A DNA stretch of 64,000 nt from Reyranella sp. (GTDB lineage: Bacteria > Pseudomonadota > Alphaproteobacteria > Reyranellales > Reyranellaceae), in the NCBI GenBank assembly GCA_052439685.1, contig JBQVQG010000028.1:541-64540 (forward strand), read 5' to 3'. The position numbers were made by a program, and so were the translations under genes. The notes beneath the pieces were generated by a model. The model saw only the letters and a program-made list of their open reading frames with translations. It was not told where the DNA came from and did not search any database. Numbering within the stretch: position 1 is the first letter of the stretch; every line of letters begins with the position of its first letter. This document shows positions 1-9,158 of this stretch, piece after piece.

Positions 1-301
1 CACGCGTGTTGTTCGGGCCGCGGTCGAGCTTCAGCGACTGCTGCAGCCAAGCTCCCATCGCCTCTATGGTCTGGGGTCGTGGATCGGGCAGCTGGAGCTG
101 AGCATTGATCTGCTGCTGGTCAGGCAAGGACAGCTTCATGGTGCTGCGGTGATTGAGCCAGATGCCGCTGAACCCGAACAGGAGACCGAGCAGCGCACCC
201 CACAGGCCGAACCACCCGTGCGTCTTGCGTACCCAGCGCACGAAGCTCAGCCGGCGATTCACCTTCCCCGCTTTGCCGGGCATGGCGGCGGTGACGGTCA
301 T
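1..301 (-). CDS. PepSY-associated TM helix domain protein (PiuB-like), runs off the window edge
   Basis: Manual translation from ATG at 301 (TGATG overlap with the upstream stop): MTVTAAMPGKAGKVNRRLSFVRWVRKTHGWFGLWGALLGLLFGFSGIWLNHRS...; the RKxHxWxGL...SGIWLNH pattern is typical; follows the PKHD hydroxylase. Confidence 0.75.
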   Translation of the reverse strand, partial: MTVTAAMPGKAGKVNRRLSFVRWVRKTHGWFGLWGALLGLLFGFSGIWLNHRSTMKLSLPDQQQINAQLQLPDPRPQTIEAMGAWLQQSLKLDRGPNNTR

Positions 302-984
302 CAGGTCTCGCTCCATTGCCGCACGAGGTTGTGGTAGCAGCCGATCAGCGCCCGCCGCGCCCCCTCGTCCGCGTTGGTCTCGTTCAGCCGCTGGATGGCG
401 TTGTCCATGTCGTGCAGGAGAGACCGTTGCATGTCGTCCCGGATCAGACTCTGCGTCCAGAAGAAGCAGGCCATTCGCACACCGCGGGTGATCGGGGCCA
501 CCGAATGCAGACTGGTCGCGGGATAGACGACCATGTCGCCTGCCGCCAGCTTGACGCTGTGCTGGCCGTACGTGTCCTCGATCTGCAGCTCCCCGCCGTC
601 ATAGTCCTCGGGATTGCTGAGGAACAACGTCGCCGATACGTCGGTACGCAGCTTGCGCCCGTTGTGCGGGTTGATGCGCACGCTGCCGTCGACGTGCGCG
701 CCGAATCTCATCCCTTCCCCGTAGCGGTTGAACATGGGCGGATAGATCTCGTTCGGCAGAACGGCGCTGATGAAGACCGGGTGGACCTCCAGCGCCGCCC
801 CGACGATGCGCTGGCAGGCGATCGCCGTTTCAGACCGCTCGTCGATCTGTTGATTGAACTTCACCGGCGCGCCCTGATAGCCGGCGGTCACGCGACCGTC
901 GACCCACGAATTGGAGCGCTCCAGGCGCTCGCGCAGACTGACGAGCTGCGCGGCGTTGAGGACTTGGGGAATACAGACCAGCAT
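301..984 (-). CDS. piuC: PKHD-type Fe(II)/2OG-dependent hydroxylase (PiuC/YbiX)
   Basis: PPMFNRY, HVD, DVSATLFLS.PE.YDGGEL, YPATSLHSVAPITRG.R motifs; downstream of a TonB receptor. Confidence 0.95.
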   Translation of the reverse strand: MLVCIPQVLNAAQLVSLRERLERSNSWVDGRVTAGYQGAPVKFNQQIDERSETAIACQRIVGAALEVHPVFISAVLPNEIYPPMFNRYGEGMRFGAHVDGSVRINPHNGRKLRTDVSATLFLSNPEDYDGGELQIEDTYGQHSVKLAAGDMVVYPATSLHSVAPITRGVRMACFFWTQSLIRDDMQRSLLHDMDNAIQRLNETNADEGARRALIGCYHNLVRQWSET

Positions 985-1005
985 GACGGGCGGCGGCTAC
1001 CGTCT

Positions 1006-3297
1006 TCACAGACGATAGTTCAGCGTGATCATGCCCGTGGTGCCAGACCCCATCACCGCGCGGCCACCGTCGGACGCGATGACGCCGTCGTAGTAGACAG
1101 AGTTGAACAGGTTGTAGACGTTGAGCCGTACGTCGTAGGTCGGCTGCTTGTAGGCTGCCGTCAGGTCGACGCGGGCATAGGCCGGAACGACCACGGTATT
1201 GGTATTGTTGGCATAGCGCTGTCCGACATAGAAGACGCCGCCGCCGATCTCGTAGGTCTCCTTGAACGTGTAGGTCGTCCACAGGTTCGCAGAGTCTCTC
1301 GGCGTGTTGAGCGGCACCTTGCCCGTCGTGTTGCCGATGCCGTTCTGGTAGCTCAACCCCTGCAGGATGACGCCGTTCAGATAGGCGTAGCCACCGAACA
1401 CCTGCCATTCCGGCGTGATGCGGCCAGAGAAGCCGACGCGGCCACCACTCACCTGCACGTTTCCGGTCGGCGAGTAACTGCCATCCGGGTTCTGCGTCCT
1501 CGCATTGTTCTTGACGATCGAGAACACTGCGGCATTGAGAGAGAGATTGGCATTCAGCAACTCGTACTTGACGCCAGCCTCCACGCCCTTGTTGTTTTCT
1601 GGCGGCAGGTTCGATGCGCCGGTCGTCGAGGTGAGTTGCTCGAGGGAGGGATTGAACGAGGTGCTATACGAAACGTAGTACGATTGCGCCGGTGTCGGCT
1701 CGTAAATGACGCCGGCTCGGACGCTGAGGAAACTGTCAGCCTGGTAGAGAAACGGGACCTGGGTGTTTCCGGCCGTATTGGCGCTATTGACGGAGTTGCC
1801 GACCGTCGCCGAGTAGTAGTCCCAGCGCAGGCCGCCGACGACTTTCACCTCGGGAATGACCTGAACCGTGTCGTTGAAGTAGAAGCCGGCGCCCCAGGCC
1901 TGTGACGACGCGTAGTTGCCTGGCACGGACGCGACGTTGCCGGGCGTGTTGGCGCCGACCGTGTAGCCTGCCGGGGTGCAGCCGACGGACCCGGCCGGCA
2001 GAGCGATACCGTTGCATGTGCCGGTACGGCTGGATTGCTTGTTCGAGTAGGATTCGTAGTTCAGATCGACACCCATCAACAGCGTGTGGCCGACTGTTCC
2101 GGTGTTGAACTTGGCCAACACTTCGGTCTGGTTCTCCACCGTGATGTCATTGATGTTTCGGTCACGACTGAGCTGGCGGATCCACAGATTGCCGAGCGGC
2201 GCGGCACTATAGGGGATGTTGTTCGGGCCGCGCGGCGCCGCCACGAAACCACCGTTGGCGCCGAGCGTGCCGACGAATCCGCCCGAGGTTTCACGCACGG
2301 CCGTGTTCACCCAGACGAACTCCGTCTGGTTGCGCAGGTTCAGGTTCGGAGCGAATTTGTGCTCGATCAGGCTCTGCAGGGCGATGACGTCCTGCTCGGT
2401 ATAGTCGTCGTTGAAGCCCCAGGCGGTGTTGCGGGGCGCGTTGAGCGGATAGCCGTTCAGGTTCGGGACACCATAGTTCACCTGGTCCTTCTTATGCTGA
2501 AGGATCGCGCCCAGCGTGATCTCCGTGGGCGTGCCGATGCCGAGCTTCACGCTCGGCGCGAGACCGAAGTCGAGGACATTGGTCTGGTCGACCGTCGAGG
2601 CCTTGCCGACCTGGAACATCGCCGACACGCGGGCCGCGTTGGTCTCCTCGAAGGGCGTGTTGACGTCCGCCGTCGTGCGCACGAGGCCGTTGGTGGTCAC
2701 CTGGGCACTGAGTTCCGTCGCCTGCTTCAGGAACGGCTTCTTGGTCACCTGGTTGATGACGCCGCCCGTCGAGCCGCGGCCGAACAGCATCGAGGACGGG
2801 CCCATCAGCACCTCGACCTGCTCCAGCGCGAACACGTCGCGATAGTACTGGCCGCGGTCACGCATGCCATCGAGATAGATGTCGGTCCGGGCGGAGAAGC
2901 CGTTGATGTTGATGTTGGTGCCGATGGCACCGCCTTCCGCCGACCCGATCGTGACGCCCGGCGCGTTGCGGACGGCGTCTTCCAGCTTGGTTACGCCCTG
3001 CGACTGCATCAGCGCCCGGTTGATGACGACCACCGACTGCGGCACGTCCATCAGGTTGGCGGCGCCGAGGCGGTTGATGGAGCCTCGCGTGGTCTGGAAG
3101 TCCTCGCTGGGACGGCTGCCGGTGACCGTCACGGTCTGCATGGTCGCGGGCGCGGCAGATGGAGCCGCGGGCTGGTTTTCAGTCGAAGGCGTGGCTGGCG
3201 CAGGCGCTGGCGTCTGAGCGGGATCCTGCTGGGCCATGGCGCCCGGCGCCACGAGCAATCCAACCAACGCCGTCTTGACCGGTACGCGCTTTGCCAT
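1006..3297 (-). CDS. TonB-dependent siderophore receptor (Fiu/PiuA-like)
   Basis: Signal peptide, TVTVTG TonB box, plug motifs (DVPQSV.VI, GFSARTDIYLDG, EQVEVLMGPSSMLFGRGSTGG), C-terminal NVYNLFN..Y and terminal YRL. Confidence 0.93.
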   Translation of the reverse strand: MAKRVPVKTALVGLLVAPGAMAQQDPAQTPAPAPATPSTENQPAAPSAAPATMQTVTVTGSRPSEDFQTTRGSINRLGAANLMDVPQSVVVINRALMQSQGVTKLEDAVRNAPGVTIGSAEGGAIGTNININGFSARTDIYLDGMRDRGQYYRDVFALEQVEVLMGPSSMLFGRGSTGGVINQVTKKPFLKQATELSAQVTTNGLVRTTADVNTPFEETNAARVSAMFQVGKASTVDQTNVLDFGLAPSVKLGIGTPTEITLGAILQHKKDQVNYGVPNLNGYPLNAPRNTAWGFNDDYTEQDVIALQSLIEHKFAPNLNLRNQTEFVWVNTAVRETSGGFVGTLGANGGFVAAPRGPNNIPYSAAPLGNLWIRQLSRDRNINDITVENQTEVLAKFNTGTVGHTLLMGVDLNYESYSNKQSSRTGTCNGIALPAGSVGCTPAGYTVGANTPGNVASVPGNYASSQAWGAGFYFNDTVQVIPEVKVVGGLRWDYYSATVGNSVNSANTAGNTQVPFLYQADSFLSVRAGVIYEPTPAQSYYVSYSTSFNPSLEQLTSTTGASNLPPENNKGVEAGVKYELLNANLSLNAAVFSIVKNNARTQNPDGSYSPTGNVQVSGGRVGFSGRITPEWQVFGGYAYLNGVILQGLSYQNGIGNTTGKVPLNTPRDSANLWTTYTFKETYEIGGGVFYVGQRYANNTNTVVVPAYARVDLTAAYKQPTYDVRLNVYNLFNSVYYDGVIASDGGRAVMGSGTTGMITLNYRL

Positions 3298-3342
3298 TTC
3301 TTCTCCCCAAAAGGCTACTCGTCTCCCCCGAATTGAGGAGAA

Positions 3343-3389
3343 TGCGAGTTATTATCACGGAAAGAAAAAGGCATTGATAATGAATCGCA
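3343..3389. promoter_or_regulatory. Two Fur-type iron boxes upstream of the TonB receptor
   Basis: TGCGAGTTATTATCA (3343-3357) and TGATAATGAATCGCA (3375-3389) resemble the TGATAATnATTATCA consensus and are near reverse complements (13/15). Confidence 0.6.
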
Positions 3390-3448
3390 TGCACTGATGC
3401 GAACCAGCCCTGCAACCATGATACATATGGACTGCAACGGCTGGGAGA

Positions 3449-3524
3449 TGGCGCGCCCGGCTGGATTCGAACCAGCGGCCTACCGCTTAGAAGGCGGTTG
3501 CTCTATCCACTGAGCTACGGGCGC
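3449..3524 (-). tRNA. tRNA-Arg (anticodon TCT)
   Basis: GCGCCCGTAGCTCAGTGGATAGAGCAACCGCCTTCTAAGCGGTAGGCCGCTGGTTCGAATCCAGCCGGGCGCGCCA: cloverleaf, ACCGC/GCGGT anticodon stem, TTCGAA T-loop, encoded CCA. Confidence 0.97.
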
Positions 3525-3574
3525 TTGCCAATAGAATCGAGGTTTTCTGAGGATCGCTCGCCAACGGTACGGTC

Positions 3575-3599
3575 CTGTTGGGGACTGCTGTTGGGGACT
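3575..3599. repeat. Tandem 12-bp direct repeat CTGTTGGGGACT x2
   Basis: Exact copies at 3575-3586 and 3588-3599, 50 bp from the tRNA 5' end. Confidence 0.8.
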
Positions 3600-3934
3600 C
3601 GGTTCTCAATCTGCCCCTTCTCGCCGCCTCAGTAGTGATCGCCGGCAGGGCCGGAAATCTGCCCGCTGAGAGGCAGCGACTTTGTATGGCCCCATGCGCG
3701 CGCCGTCTAGCCGCGCCCGCACCCCGCTCATGTCTCCATGCGGACTCTTCGGCTGACGCCAGCAGGTAGCGGCAATACCCTGCCACTATATCCCGCGCGC
3801 AGCGCCGACGCGGACGTGATGCAGCGGTGGATCGCCGCCTCCGACATCGACGCGGCCTGCACAGGCGGGATACAGCGAGGCGCCGGCTCACGGCGGGGAG
3901 CGCCAACCTGGACCAAGACGAAGCTGGGCTGTTG

Positions 3935-4123
3935 ATGGTCGGCCCGTGGCGCCACCCGCCTGGCACGTTGTGCGCCCCGCGGACGATCCTCGGCCACCAA
4001 TACGTCGTGTGTCACGGCTGCCGTCGTTTCACCGCCATGGTCATCCCGGCAGGCATGGAAGATCGGAAGTATGAGCCCTGCCCTGTGTCTGCCGGCTCCG
4101 CGGCCAGCGTGGCGAACTCGTGA
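3935..4123 (+). CDS. Small Cys-containing hypothetical protein or remnant
   Basis: MVGPWRHPPGTLCAPRTILGHQYVVCHGCRRFT...; one CxxC motif; weak coding support. Confidence 0.3.
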   Translation: MVGPWRHPPGTLCAPRTILGHQYVVCHGCRRFTAMVIPAGMEDRKYEPCPVSAGSAASVANS

Positions 4124-4253
4124 CGGACGTGCCTCGCGGCATTAAGTCGGCTTCCGCCGGGACATCCAGGCAGGTGCTGCCGACTGAAAGTCCTACCGTA
4201 ATGGAAGCGAAAGCTCTTTCTGATATCGGGATACTGGATTAGATGCGGGGTCG

Positions 4254-4460
4254 ATGAAAAACGCCAAAGAGCTGATGGCGCGCCTCGGCTGCCGCCTTGA
4301 GCAGGACAGATTGACCGAAGCCGAATTTAGAAGCGCCGTGGCCGAGGTCTTGGCCGCCACGACGGACGGGCTGAGCGGCGCCAACTACCTGATGCTGTCG
4401 CAAGAGATCCGTGACCTCGAGCATGCTTGGCAGGATAGCTGCGAGCGGACTGCTAACTGA
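4254..4460 (+). CDS. Small helical hypothetical protein (paralog of 5820..6083)
   Basis: 68 aa; 19/48 ungapped identities to the product of 5820..6083. Confidence 0.7.
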   Translation: MKNAKELMARLGCRLEQDRLTEAEFRSAVAEVLAATTDGLSGANYLMLSQEIRDLEHAWQDSCERTAN

Positions 4461-4644
4461 GATTCTGTTTGCCGGGCTCGATCGGTTTGGCTCCACTCCA
4501 GGCCCCCACCGCGTCGTGCCAGTAATCGATCGCGGCTTTCAGATGCCCCAAGCGCTTGTCCGAGCTATCGACCCGAAACATTGCAAGCTCATCTATCACG
4601 CGCTGCCTGGCAGCGCGTACGTTCTCGGAATGGTGATCCGACAT
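4453..4644 (-). CDS. Small hypothetical protein
   Basis: 63-aa ORF convergent with 4254..4460, plausible composition. Confidence 0.4.
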   Translation of the reverse strand: MSDHHSENVRAARQRVIDELAMFRVDSSDKRLGHLKAAIDYWHDAVGAWSGAKPIEPGKQNLS

Positions 4645-5318
4645 GCATCCCCAACCAATTCACCCTCACTCTAAATTAGTATTAAAGGTGCCGTTTTTCA
4701 ACGCACGTGCCGAAATTTTAGGCAGTGACGGTGCTCAACAGATCACAGCAAAGTGCGGGTGAGACCTTGAGGATGCCTTCCGAGGTGCTGCCGCTGGCAG
4801 TGTTGGCACGTTCGTGACGCTGGCGTTGATCTTGTAGAAGGCTGGCGCCCGCCTCCCCCACCCATCGAGGAGATGTCGCACAATACCCGCCGGCTTCTGC
4901 TGCCCATTGCAGCCGTGCAGTACGTTGAGATAGCTGTGCCTGCCAAGCCAAGGATCCTCAGGGTCTGCATCGCCTCGGGCCGGGGTGATCCCCCCCCCCC
5001 GCCAGTTGCCCGATTTGGATCGAGCGGGAGACCATTCTTGAACTGCAGGCTGGAGGCCCGCCTAAATCCGGCCAACGCCGCCGCTGCGCAACGCCTTGGG
5101 AGCGCGGTGCTTATTCATGGATATTTAACATGGACGCAATCTCAAACCGAGCTTGGCTATTGAAGCCTGGCGTAGGTTTAGCGATTTGCGAATTGCCGGT
5201 CATGGGCGGCGCATAGCGAAAACTCACCGCATCGGTACAGAGCCGGCAGGCCCAGTGCCGAGAAGAGCTGGCCGGGTGTGCCCTTGAACACGCAAGCGGC
5301 GCAATTGCGAAAGGCCGC

Positions 5319-5669
5319 TCACTCCGACTCGGCTTGACGAAGCGCTTCTGCACGTTCGCAGGCTGCCGCAGCTTCCTTGTACTGCTTGAGGTCGAGATAG
5401 GCACGAGCGAGGTATTCATAATGGGGTGGCTTCTTGTATTCGCCGGTCGCCACAGTCGCGAAGAGATGGCGGGCCGCAGAGCGCTGCTTAATGGCAACGA
5501 GCGTGCGGACCGCCAGGCACGTCGCCTCAAGCCGAAGGCCCCGGTCGGTCTTCAAACCCGCGATCCGTTCGAAGATCCTCGTAGTATCGTCCCAATCGCT
5601 TCGGCTGAAGGATGCGCGCATCTCATCAATCAACTTCTTGCCGAGCTCGATCTCTTCCTCTGTGCTCAC
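5319..5669 (-). CDS. TPR-like repeat protein
   Basis: C-terminal HYEYLARAYLDLKQYKEAAAACERA is a TPR-like helix pair; GTG start at 5669 chosen (ORF open to 5801). Confidence 0.6.
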   Translation of the reverse strand: MSTEEEIELGKKLIDEMRASFSRSDWDDTTRIFERIAGLKTDRGLRLEATCLAVRTLVAIKQRSAARHLFATVATGEYKKPPHYEYLARAYLDLKQYKEAAAACERAEALRQAESE

Positions 5670-5819
5670 TACGATGTCCCCACATATTGCAAGCGTTGCA
5701 GCACGTCCGCTCAAGGCTTCGATGTCACTGTGGTCTAACTGCCTGCGGATTCCAAACAGTGGCGGCAGTGGCCCGAAACGGGGCGATGGCCTGGGCCGCA
5801 AAATTCCGAAGACTACGCA

Positions 5820-6083
5820 TCAACTGAGCGACCGCTTTAGGCTCTCCTTCCAATCGTGCTCTATCTCCCGAATCTTCTGGGCGATGAGCAGGCCATCGAT
5901 TGATCCTAAATCCCCAGGCGTTGCGGCAATGATATCCGAGACCGCCGCGATGAAGTCCTTTTCGCTCATACGGTCCTGCGCGATTCGGTCCTGTAACGCA
6001 TCCAGGCCAATGCTGATTTTACTCTTCAACGTCGCGGAGAGTTTTGGAATCGCAGGCGAACGTTTGTCGCTATTGCCTTTCAT
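5820..6083 (-). CDS. Small helical hypothetical protein (paralog of 4254..4460)
   Basis: ATG at 6083 preceded by GAGGAGGAG; shares the QDRxxExxF..AV...AAT...Q.IR..EH.W..S pattern. Confidence 0.75.
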   Translation of the reverse strand: MKGNSDKRSPAIPKLSATLKSKISIGLDALQDRIAQDRMSEKDFIAAVSDIIAATPGDLGSIDGLLIAQKIREIEHDWKESLKRSLS

Positions 6084-6527
6084 GACACTCCTCCTCTCGG
6101 CAGCCAAGGATGACACGAGAGAAAGGAGTCTTGGATAGATTCCGAAAAAACTGATGGGTGATCAGTGGGCTTATCTCTGCGTTCTTGCACTCGGACATCG
6201 AGCATTGATCGGCTCAGCCTGTGCTGCACGTATTGCTCTGCATCGACGATTGGCCAAGCTGCAAATGCGAACGAATCCCGGTCACGCATCGATGAATCGA
6301 TCACAAGCCATTGTTTCGAAATTCGGCAAACGTTGGAATGCGTGCAAATCTCTGCAACGAGCTGGTCGCCTCAGGAGGCGGCCAGGGTCACCGCAGCATG
6401 AACGCAAACATCCGCGCTTAGTTCGCTACAGGACAATAAGCTAAGACACTGTGGAGACGCTTTTTTATTCAAAGGTATGCAAACATGCGGGATGGTGAAG
6501 TGAGCGGATTACTCCTACTCTCTCAAT

Positions 6528-6806
6528 ATGGTCGACGAGCAGCGCAACAAGATTTTGGCGGTCCTTGCTGAGATAAACGAGTCCTTGGATAAGCGCCTTA
6601 AAGATGATGGTGCTTCTTCGCTTCCGCACGTAATCGTGGCGATTGGGCCCGATGGACACGCGCTTGTTCACGGCAATGTCGACCTTCCGCGACTCAAGAT
6701 GTTGGCCAAAGAGCTGACCGAGCTTGTCGATGCTTCGCTATCGATTCAAAAAAATAGATACGAGCGCGCCGATGCAGCTGCCGCTTCGAAAGCACCTATT
6801 CACTGA
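6528..6806 (+). CDS. Hypothetical protein
   Basis: 92-aa ORF with globular alpha/beta-like composition. Confidence 0.6.
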   Translation: MVDEQRNKILAVLAEINESLDKRLKDDGASSLPHVIVAIGPDGHALVHGNVDLPRLKMLAKELTELVDASLSIQKNRYERADAAAASKAPIH

Positions 6807-6999
6807 AAGCTGCTCGGTCCGGGATGTCGCGCGATTGCACGTTCGCTACTCCTGGGCATGACGCGTGTGCAATATATCTAGCCCAGCGCGCGCCCATCTA
6901 TTTCCGTTGATGCCGAACACCACGCCCATGCAGACGGCGCAGGCTGCTGTGAGCGTCGCCACCAGCAAGCCAAGAATAGGATGATCGCGATTTCCCTAC

Positions 7000-7260
7000 T
7001 CACCTTCCCGTCAACGGCTTGAACACGCAGCGCACCATCCCCCCGCGGATGCAGTGTCGTCAGTTGTAGTCGATCGACGGATCGAGCCCCTGCGCGACAC
7101 GCGCGCGCGGCATCAGGATGATGTCGCCGGCGCCGGTGGTGGTCGCGATCCCTGCCTGGGTCTCCCGCAACTTCGTGGCATGCTTGCGCCGGCAGTCGCA
7201 TGGGCCGCAACAGTGGACACCGTCGCGGTCGACGTAGCGCGGCTGTTCATGATCCAGGCG
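7000..7260 (-). pseudogene. Degenerate Cys-rich small protein gene
   Basis: Protein-like segments in different frames (WIMN / EQPRYVDRDGVHCCGPCDCRRKH...IDYN* / CIRGG / MVRCVFKPLTGR*) imply frameshifts and a stop. Confidence 0.35.
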
Positions 7261-7407
7261 GCGTCGCCGAGGCGACGCTTCAGCTGGGGTGCACGACCTC
7301 GACGGTCCGGAACTTCTGGACGCAACCAACTGCGCGGCCACCGCGTCGGCATGGGGGGGGGGGGCCCCCCCCCGCAACCCCCCGGGGCCACCTCTCTCGT
7401 CTGACGC

Positions 7408-7572
7408 AGGGCAATCGCATATGGAAATTTCCGTCGTCTCGACCGGAGCGCGCAGCGCGGAGTGGAGAGACCTTTTTTCCACCATTAGCCGTCAAATCGA
7501 GGAAAGAAGGTCTCTCCACTCCGCTGCGCTCCGGTCGAGACGACGGGGAGTTTGGGCAAATGCGATAGCCCT
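7408..7572. repeat. Palindromic intergenic repeat, family A copy 1
   Basis: CCGTCGTCTCGACCGGAGCG...GGAGTGGAGAGACCTT / AAGGTCTCTCCACTCC...CGCTCCGGTCGAGACGACGG, with outer IR AGGGCAATCGCAT / ATGCGATAGCCCT. Confidence 0.9.
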
Positions 7573-7593
7573 ACCGTATGGTGGGGCCGGTCT

Positions 7594-8412
7594 ATGAGCG
7601 CGGCCGAGAAGGCGCTTGCCGATCTCGAGGCGCAGGGGCGGGGCTTCAGCGCCCGCCGCCTGCGCCTGTGGCTCATCGCGGCACTCGTGCTGGCCTTCTA
7701 TGCCGTGTCGTGGGACCTCGCGGGCATCGATCTCGAGCGGCTGGCGACCGGCCTGCCCAGGCTCGGCCACTGGATCGCGTCGGCCTGGCCGCCCGACACG
7801 CGCGAGGTGCCGCTGTTCGCCTATCGCATCGCCGAGACCGTGGCGATGGCGGCGCTGGGCACGACGCTCGCGACCCTGCTCGCCATCCCGATGGCGATCC
7901 TCGCCAGCCGCAACATCACGCCCTGGCCGGCGCTCTACTATCCGGTGCGCTGGTTCCTGAACGCGCTGCGCGGCATCGACTCCTTCGTCTTCGCGCTGCT
8001 GTTCGTCGCGGCGGTCGGCCTCGGCCCCTTCGCCGGCGTGATCGGCATCGCGCTCCACACCTGGGGCAGTGCCGCCAAATTCTTTGCCGACCATATCGAG
8101 AATGCCAATCTCGGGCCGCTCGACGCCGTGCGCACGACCGGCGCCGGCCGCTTCACCGCGATCTGCTACGCGCTGGTGCCGGACATCCTGCCGGTGATGC
8201 TCTCGACCACGCTGTTCTGGTGGGAGTTCAACATCCGCGCCTCGACCGTGCTGGGCGTGGTCGGCGCCGGCGGTATCGGCCTCGAGCTGAAGAACAGTAT
8301 GGACCTGCTCGACTTCCCGCGGCTCTTCACCATCATCGCCATGATCCTGGTGGTCGTGACCGTGCTCGACCAGGTCTCGGCCTGGCTGCGCAAGCGGCTC
8401 ATCCGGTCATGA
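7594..8412 (+). CDS. phnE: PhnE/PtxC-like ABC transporter permease
   Basis: ETVAMAALGT, R.....LRGID.FVFALLFVAAVGLGPFAG, WEFNIRASTVLGVVGAGGIG motifs; start at ATG 7594. Confidence 0.9.
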   Translation: MSAAEKALADLEAQGRGFSARRLRLWLIAALVLAFYAVSWDLAGIDLERLATGLPRLGHWIASAWPPDTREVPLFAYRIAETVAMAALGTTLATLLAIPMAILASRNITPWPALYYPVRWFLNALRGIDSFVFALLFVAAVGLGPFAGVIGIALHTWGSAAKFFADHIENANLGPLDAVRTTGAGRFTAICYALVPDILPVMLSTTLFWWEFNIRASTVLGVVGAGGIGLELKNSMDLLDFPRLFTIIAMILVVVTVLDQVSAWLRKRLIRS

Positions 8413-9158
8413 GAGGCGCGCCGCGTCTCACCGCCGTCGGTCTCGCCAAGGCCTTCAAGGGCCATGCGGCGATCGACGACATCAGCTTCACCGTGCGCGA
8501 GGGCGAGTTCGTTGCCGTGCTGGGGCCCAGCGGCGCCGGCAAGACGACGCTCTTCCGCTGCCTGACCGGCCTGCTGGCGCCGGACAGGGGCGAGGTGAGG
8601 GTGGGAGACGACGACATCGCAACGCTGCATGGCCGCGCCCGCCGCCGGATCGCCGTGGTGTTCCAGCAGTTCAATCTCGTGAGCCGCCTCACGGCCCTCG
8701 ACAACGTGCTGGCCGGCCGTCTCGGTCATGTGCCGGCATGGCGCGGCGTGCTGCGCCGCTTCGACCGCGACGACCGGCTGCTGGCGCTGGAAAGCCTCGA
8801 TCGTGTCGGCCTGCTGCGCCAGGCGATGCAGCGCGCCGACACGCTCTCAGGCGGCCAGCAGCAGCGGGTGGCGATCGCGCGCGCCATGGCGCAGCGGCCG
8901 AGCCTGATCGTGGCCGACGAGCCGGTGGCCAGCCTCGATCCGGCGGCCGGTGCGGGCGTCCTCGAACTGCTGCAGCGCATCGCGCGCAGCGACGGCGTCG
9001 GCGTCGTCTGCTCGCTCCATCAGGTCCATCTGGCGCGGACCTATGCCGATCGCGTCGTTGGCCTGTCGCAGGGGCGCAAGGTGATCGATAGTCCGGTGGC
9101 CGAGTTCGACGAGGCCGCGTTCGGCCATCTCTACGGCAACAGCGAGACACCGACATGA
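8409..9158 (+). CDS. phnC: PhnC-like ABC transporter ATP-binding protein
   Basis: GPSGAGKTT Walker A, FQQFNLV.RLTALDNVL.GRLG, LSGGQQQRV, ADEPVASLDP; ATGA overlap with phnE. Confidence 0.92.
   Translation: MRGAPRLTAVGLAKAFKGHAAIDDISFTVREGEFVAVLGPSGAGKTTLFRCLTGLLAPDRGEVRVGDDDIATLHGRARRRIAVVFQQFNLVSRLTALDNVLAGRLGHVPAWRGVLRRFDRDDRLLALESLDRVGLLRQAMQRADTLSGGQQQRVAIARAMAQRPSLIVADEPVASLDPAAGAGVLELLQRIARSDGVGVVCSLHQVHLARTYADRVVGLSQGRKVIDSPVAEFDEAAFGHLYGNSETPT

Noticed and set aside
3610-3676. Possible structured RNA or riboswitch upstream of the tRNA
   Set aside because: Only short GC-rich stems with no recognisable conserved riboswitch motifs.
3738-3935. Possible ATP-dependent DNA ligase C-terminal relic (…WTKTK)
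   Set aside because: Only a few residues resemble the motif; not supportable.
7352-7388. G12/C9 homopolymer hairpin (and the C-run near 4990) as a functional element
   Set aside because: Low complexity; may be a sequencing or assembly artefact, and there is no independent support.
7594-9158. Complete phosphonate utilisation (phn) operon
   Set aside because: No phnD or C-P lyase genes; the substrate cannot be assigned.
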